NCBI GenBank assembly: GCA_905614355.1
Contig: CAJQSN010000014.1
Coordinates: 10,276-74,275 of the forward strand
Length of the DNA stretch: 64,000 nt
Direction: 5' to 3'
From: an uncultured Rhodospirillales bacterium
GTDB lineage: Bacteria > Pseudomonadota > Alphaproteobacteria > Rhodospirillales > UBA2165
This document shows positions 59,659-64,000 of the stretch, piece after piece (positions within the stretch are counted from its first letter, which is position 1; each line of letters starts with the position of its first letter). Made by a program: the position numbers and the translations under genes. The notes under the pieces were generated by a model. The model searched no databases, was not told the DNA's origin, and saw only the letters and a list, made by a program, of their open reading frames with translations.

Positions 59659-62076
59659 TCAATAAAGACCGCCTATACCAACCGTTGGCAAAGATTTTAG
59701 CATATTTTCGTATCCATCCAGAACGCGTGTTTCACCCTTTGGTACAGTTCCCGGTTTAAAGGCTTCTAGTATAATGCGCCTGTCACCTGGCCGAGCAAGC
59801 CTTCCCGTTTCCGCATCCACGCGCACTAAGCGTATACCTGGCGGAATACGGAAGGGAATTGACGGCTTATTAGATAGAGCATTTTTCATAAATTCTTTAA
59901 ATATTGGAGCTGAAACACTTGCACCTTGTTCTCGTTTCCCGAGCGAGCGCGGAGCATCGAAACCAACAAAAACGCCTACGGCTAAATCAGGTGAAAAACC
60001 AATAAACCATGTATCGAAAGCCTTATTCGTAGTACCAGTTTTACCAGCCAATGGCTTGCCTAGAGTTCGCATACTGCGTCCAGTGCCACGTTGAACCACC
60101 CCTTCTAGCATTGAAACCATTTGATAGGCACTCGCTGGATTTACTAATTGCTCTCGGTGGTCCGGTATTATAGGCACTAACTGTTGCTGCCAAACACCCG
60201 GGCGACACTTAGCGCAACTCCTAGGATCATGTTTAAACACAGTTTTTCCATGACGGTTTTGAATACGATCTATGAGCGTGGGCTCAATAAGCTTACCGCC
60301 ATTTACCAACATTGCATACGCGGTAGTTAATCTTAATAGCGTCGTCTCTCCAGCACCTAACGACATTGACAATTGATTTGGTAACTTATCGGATATACCA
60401 AATTTCTGCGCATAATCTGCAATTGTCTCTATACCAATAGTTTGAGCTAGTCGCACAGTCATTAGATTTCTTGATTTTTCTATACCAAGACGCATTGTAC
60501 TGGGACCATAAAATTTTTTCGTATAATTGGCTGGTCGCCATTTCGGCATACCCGGCCCCTGATCAATCACAAAAGGTGCATCAAGTATAAGTGTAGATGG
60601 TGTAAAACCCCTATCCAATGCAGCTAAATACACAAAAGGCTTGAATGCCGAACCTGGTTGACGGCGAGCTTGGATTACCCGGTTAAACTGGCTCCGCTCA
60701 TACGAAAACCCGCCAGACATAGCTAAAATTCGACCTGTATGCGGATCCAAAGCCACAACAGCCCCGTCAATTTCCGGGATTTGTCGTAAATGATACATTC
60801 CACTCGGATAAGCTGACCCATCCTTTGCAAAAGGCGCTAACTCAACAGGAACTACATCACCCACTCGCAATACATCCTTAACGGTTTCTACTATGGGGCC
60901 TAAGAGCTGACCTTTCGCCCAAGGGCGGGCCCATTTTATTTCAGCAAAGGCGATCAAGCCAACACTCCCATCATCAATAACAATTTCTACACTTTCAGAA
61001 AGAATCTTCGTAACAACAGCCAGTCGCCAAACACCTAATGCTTTAGGCGGAGATACTTTAGACAACGCATTGAGCCAACCTTCCAAAGGCTTAATATTAG
61101 CGAGCGGCCCACGCCAACCATGCCGCCTATCATACGCTAGCAAGCCATCACGTAATGAGTTGTCAGCAATACGTTGATATTTTGGATCAAGCGTTGTTCG
61201 GACAACCAATCCATCGCGATAAAGACCAGTCTCACCGTATCGTTGCCCCAACTGCCGCCGAACTTCTTCTGCAAAATATTCTGCTGTTACATATTCTGTT
61301 TTTTGACGTTTACGGGTAATTAGGGGCGTTGCAGTGGCAATCTCCGCGTCCTCTGCTGTTATTGATTCATCGTTTAGCATACGCCTAATCACCCAATTAC
61401 GACGATCGCGGGCAGCTTTTGGATGATTAAACGGATTATAATTATTAGGGGCTTTAGGTAATGCCGCTAAAAATGCGGCCTCAGCTAGCGTTAGTGTATC
61501 TAAAGATTTATTGAAATAATTGAGTGCGGCCGCAGCTACACCATAAGACCCAAAACCTAAATAAATTTCATTTAAATAGAGTTCAAGGATACGATTTTTT
61601 TCAAGAGCCCTTTCTATTCTGAATGCCAAAATGGCTTCTTTTATTTTACGTTCAATTGTAACATCGGAAGTTAATAAAAAGTTTTTAGCAACCTGCTGGG
61701 TTATTGTAGAAGCACCAACGAGCCTGCGGCCCGAAAGAATATTCTTAAAATTAGAGACAATCGCGCGAGCAACCCCCATAGGATCAACACCAGGATGGTA
61801 AAAGAAATTTTTATCCTCAGCTGATAAAAATGCTTGGACAACAAGGCGGGGCATCACGTCTTGTGGGACAAAAACACGTTTCTGTTCAGCATACTCGGCT
61901 AATAAACGTCCATCTCCCGCATGCACACGGGTCATTATCGGCGGCTCATAGTCTACCAATTGTTTATAATCTGGCAAACCACGACCAAATTTATAAAAAA
62001 CATACGCTCCACTGCCAACTCCAACGAGAATAGTAAATATCACTATACTTAGGATGATGGCTAGTGTTCGAAGCAT
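59659..62076 (-). CDS. mrcA: penicillin-binding protein 1A (bifunctional glycosyltransferase/transpeptidase)
   Basis: GT51 motifs (EDKNFF.H.G.D, GASTITQQ, RKI.E, KNRILELYLN) and transpeptidase SAFKP, SRN and KTGT. Confidence 0.92.
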   Translation of the reverse strand: MLRTLAIILSIVIFTILVGVGSGAYVFYKFGRGLPDYKQLVDYEPPIMTRVHAGDGRLLAEYAEQKRVFVPQDVMPRLVVQAFLSAEDKNFFYHPGVDPMGVARAIVSNFKNILSGRRLVGASTITQQVAKNFLLTSDVTIERKIKEAILAFRIERALEKNRILELYLNEIYLGFGSYGVAAAALNYFNKSLDTLTLAEAAFLAALPKAPNNYNPFNHPKAARDRRNWVIRRMLNDESITAEDAEIATATPLITRKRQKTEYVTAEYFAEEVRRQLGQRYGETGLYRDGLVVRTTLDPKYQRIADNSLRDGLLAYDRRHGWRGPLANIKPLEGWLNALSKVSPPKALGVWRLAVVTKILSESVEIVIDDGSVGLIAFAEIKWARPWAKGQLLGPIVETVKDVLRVGDVVPVELAPFAKDGSAYPSGMYHLRQIPEIDGAVVALDPHTGRILAMSGGFSYERSQFNRVIQARRQPGSAFKPFVYLAALDRGFTPSTLILDAPFVIDQGPGMPKWRPANYTKKFYGPSTMRLGIEKSRNLMTVRLAQTIGIETIADYAQKFGISDKLPNQLSMSLGAGETTLLRLTTAYAMLVNGGKLIEPTLIDRIQNRHGKTVFKHDPRSCAKCRPGVWQQQLVPIIPDHREQLVNPASAYQMVSMLEGVVQRGTGRSMRTLGKPLAGKTGTTNKAFDTWFIGFSPDLAVGVFVGFDAPRSLGKREQGASVSAPIFKEFMKNALSNKPSIPFRIPPGIRLVRVDAETGRLARPGDRRIILEAFKPGTVPKGETRVLDGYENMLKSLPTVGIGGLY

Positions 62077-62183
62077 TTACTACAGGACCTATTTTTGCAT
62101 GATAATCGCCAGTATTGCCCACCTGATATGGCGCATTTATAGCAAATAGCAATGCAAAAATCACTGGTTATCTTGACTAAGAA

Positions 62184-63518
62184 TTAATTATGTGAAAAAT
62201 AATCATCTACGGCCTTTCCAATAGAGCGGGCAAGTTGAGCCCTGTACCTGGGATTAAGTAGCGCCTTCTCATCCGCACGGTTAGACAAAAAACCCATTTC
62301 GATTAGAATCGATGGAACATCGGGAGACTTAAGAACAGCAAATCCCGCAAAACGGTGAGCTTTAGGGAGTGTCTTAGTTACTTTTCGAATGTGTTCCACC
62401 AGTCCAACTGCAAATTTAGAGGACTCATTCATAGTATTCCGCTGGCGCAAATCAATAAGAATATCGCTTACTACGGGAGATTCTGCGGACAGATCCACAC
62501 CCGCAATCACGTCGGCTTTATTCTCTTTTTGCGCCAAATCAGCTGCTTCCTTATCCGATGCTTTTTCAGACAGCGTATAGACAGACAGCCCTCTAATTCG
62601 TTTATTTTTTATCGCGTCGGCATGAAGTGATATAAATAATTTGGCTCCAAGAGATTTAGCAATAGCAATACGTTTTCTAAGCCTTATGAATTTATCATTT
62701 TTACGGGTAAGAAAAACTGTGTACCTCCCAAGCTTTTTTAGATGTGATTTAATTACTTTCGCAGCGGCGAGGGTAATATGCTTTTCAAAGACGCGTCCAC
62801 TCGTTGAGCCTGGATCAATTCCACCATGCCCAGGATCAATGACAATAACAGGTTTTATTTTACCAATTGTAATAAGACTTTTAGAGATTTTATCTCTTGC
62901 TCGCTTTTCTATAATAGGCGCTTTAGCAGGTGACTGAGTATTTAAATTTAATGTAGACCTATGTTTTCTTTTTGTTACTATTCTTTTGGATCGCCTAAGT
63001 TTTGATTTTTTAATCGAATTTAAAAAAAACTTCCGCGTAGTTTTAACTAGATCGATAACAAGTCTATAATTTTTGCCCTTGGCAGGCGTTATAATAAAAG
63101 CAGATTTAATTCTTATTGGATTTTTCATATCAAGCACTACGCGAGAAAGCCCTGGCCGAAAATAACCATAGCGAAAGTTACTGATCAAACTTCTTTTCTC
63201 CGAAAGATTCCGCTGAATAACATCAACAGGTAAACGCCAGACCATCTCTGGAAGGTCAACAACAATTCGATAAGGATCAGAAAGAGTAAAAATTCGAAAT
63301 TCTATATTGTCCGATATGTCTATGACAAAACGGGTTGTCGCAGAATTTTTTCCAATTCTAATATCCGTTGCAACAGGCTCAGCCGCATTAACTGATACAG
63401 TTGAACAAAAAAATATAATACTCATAAAAATTAATCTGATTTTTAGAAGTCCTATATACGACCTAAAAGACAAAATGATACCTAGAATATAACGATTATA
63501 CAGAAAAACACTAAACAT
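62184..63518 (-). CDS. amiC: N-acetylmuramoyl-L-alanine amidase (AMIN domain plus Amidase_3)
   Basis: An AMIN-like N-domain (TRFVIDIS..YRIVVDLP) and an amidase_3 core (VIDPGHGGIDPG, SLHAD, E.GF.SN). The true start is probably Met at 63425 (MSIIFFCSTVSVNA signal). Confidence 0.85.
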   Translation of the reverse strand: MFSVFLYNRYILGIILSFRSYIGLLKIRLIFMSIIFFCSTVSVNAAEPVATDIRIGKNSATTRFVIDISDNIEFRIFTLSDPYRIVVDLPEMVWRLPVDVIQRNLSEKRSLISNFRYGYFRPGLSRVVLDMKNPIRIKSAFIITPAKGKNYRLVIDLVKTTRKFFLNSIKKSKLRRSKRIVTKRKHRSTLNLNTQSPAKAPIIEKRARDKISKSLITIGKIKPVIVIDPGHGGIDPGSTSGRVFEKHITLAAAKVIKSHLKKLGRYTVFLTRKNDKFIRLRKRIAIAKSLGAKLFISLHADAIKNKRIRGLSVYTLSEKASDKEAADLAQKENKADVIAGVDLSAESPVVSDILIDLRQRNTMNESSKFAVGLVEHIRKVTKTLPKAHRFAGFAVLKSPDVPSILIEMGFLSNRADEKALLNPRYRAQLARSIGKAVDDYFSHN

Positions 63519-63967
63519 GATACTTTGGCGGTGTTTATCATAGATTTAACACAAATTTTTACTAATATTCTAGCACGAAATAAACTATTATAAGCCACCG
63601 GTGTGCTATTTAAAAATAATATAAATGTGATTGTCGAATCAATTTCGTGGCGCTATGGTAACTCATTAGTATAAGTGTATAAATATAAATCAAGTTATTG
63701 ACTAGCGCCTGCCAAACAAGACAGTTACTGTAGGTCGGAGATGTTAATTAATTAAATCACTTAATAGAAATAAACTGGAATTTTCCATGCTTGCGAGAGC
63801 GGCCCGTACAAATAAAGCTAATTTTTTGCAGTATTTAGTATTGTTAAGAAACATACCTGCAATTTACTGTGTGTCCGATGGCCCCGCAAGATTTACCCAC
63901 AGAGCTATACAAAACGTTCAGGTCTTAATAGATCAGAGCCTTTTGTACATTCGGAGTTTAGAATTTA

Positions 63968-64000
63968 ATGGCTACCAAAAAAATGTTAATAGATGCCGCC
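63968..64000 (+). CDS. rne: 5' end of ribonuclease E (partial)
   Basis: MATKKMLIDAA matches the conserved RNase E/G N-terminus (M.K.MLIDA). It follows a long upstream untranslated region divergent from amiC. Only 11 codons are in the window. Confidence 0.5.
   Translation, partial: MATKKMLIDAA

Overview
The window looks like a chromosomal segment of a low-GC alphaproteobacterium. This is inferred from gene content and synteny: metXW, chorismate mutase-hisC-tyrC, argH-lipoprotein-lysA, Zn-ribbon/ftsEX, an Rrf2-nifS-sufBCDS operon, and amiC divergent from rne. About 54 kb is ordinary, densely packed housekeeping DNA: korAB, Met/aromatic/Arg/Lys biosynthesis, ftsEX, plsC, a 10 kb Fe-S (suf) operon, tyrS, prfB with its programmed +1 frameshift, PBP1A and amiC. 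The exception is about 27.0-39.2 kb. There an intact tRNA-Met(CAT) (39138..39214, minus) is preceded by two partial direct copies of its own 3' half (38056..38107 and 28965..29013), which marks a decayed, tandem tRNA-targeted genomic island. Inside the island, the N-terminal and C-terminal remnants of a P4-type tyrosine integrase flank an intact same-strand seven-gene cassette (29.7-37.4 kb). The cassette encodes a radical SAM enzyme with a partial SPASM/twitch motif, two membrane-anchored SGNH hydrolase paralogs, an MBOAT O-acyltransferase, and a triad of DUF5989/SxtK-like micro-protein, SxtJ-like membrane protein and NodU/CmcH carbamoyltransferase. It contains no glycosyltransferase, flippase or polymerase. 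I read it as a horizontally acquired surface-glycan decoration module (O-acyl plus O-carbamoyl plus a radical step) with no characterised counterpart known to me, and it is the best candidate for a novel system here. One of its SGNH genes is split by a G9 homopolymer. The only other long G tract in the window (G10) breaks the 5' end of argH, so either G-tract slippage or a systematic homopolymer sequencing error must be resolved. I saw no rRNA, CRISPR array, transposase or recognisable defence genes. All family assignments come from by-eye motif recognition, not from searches.
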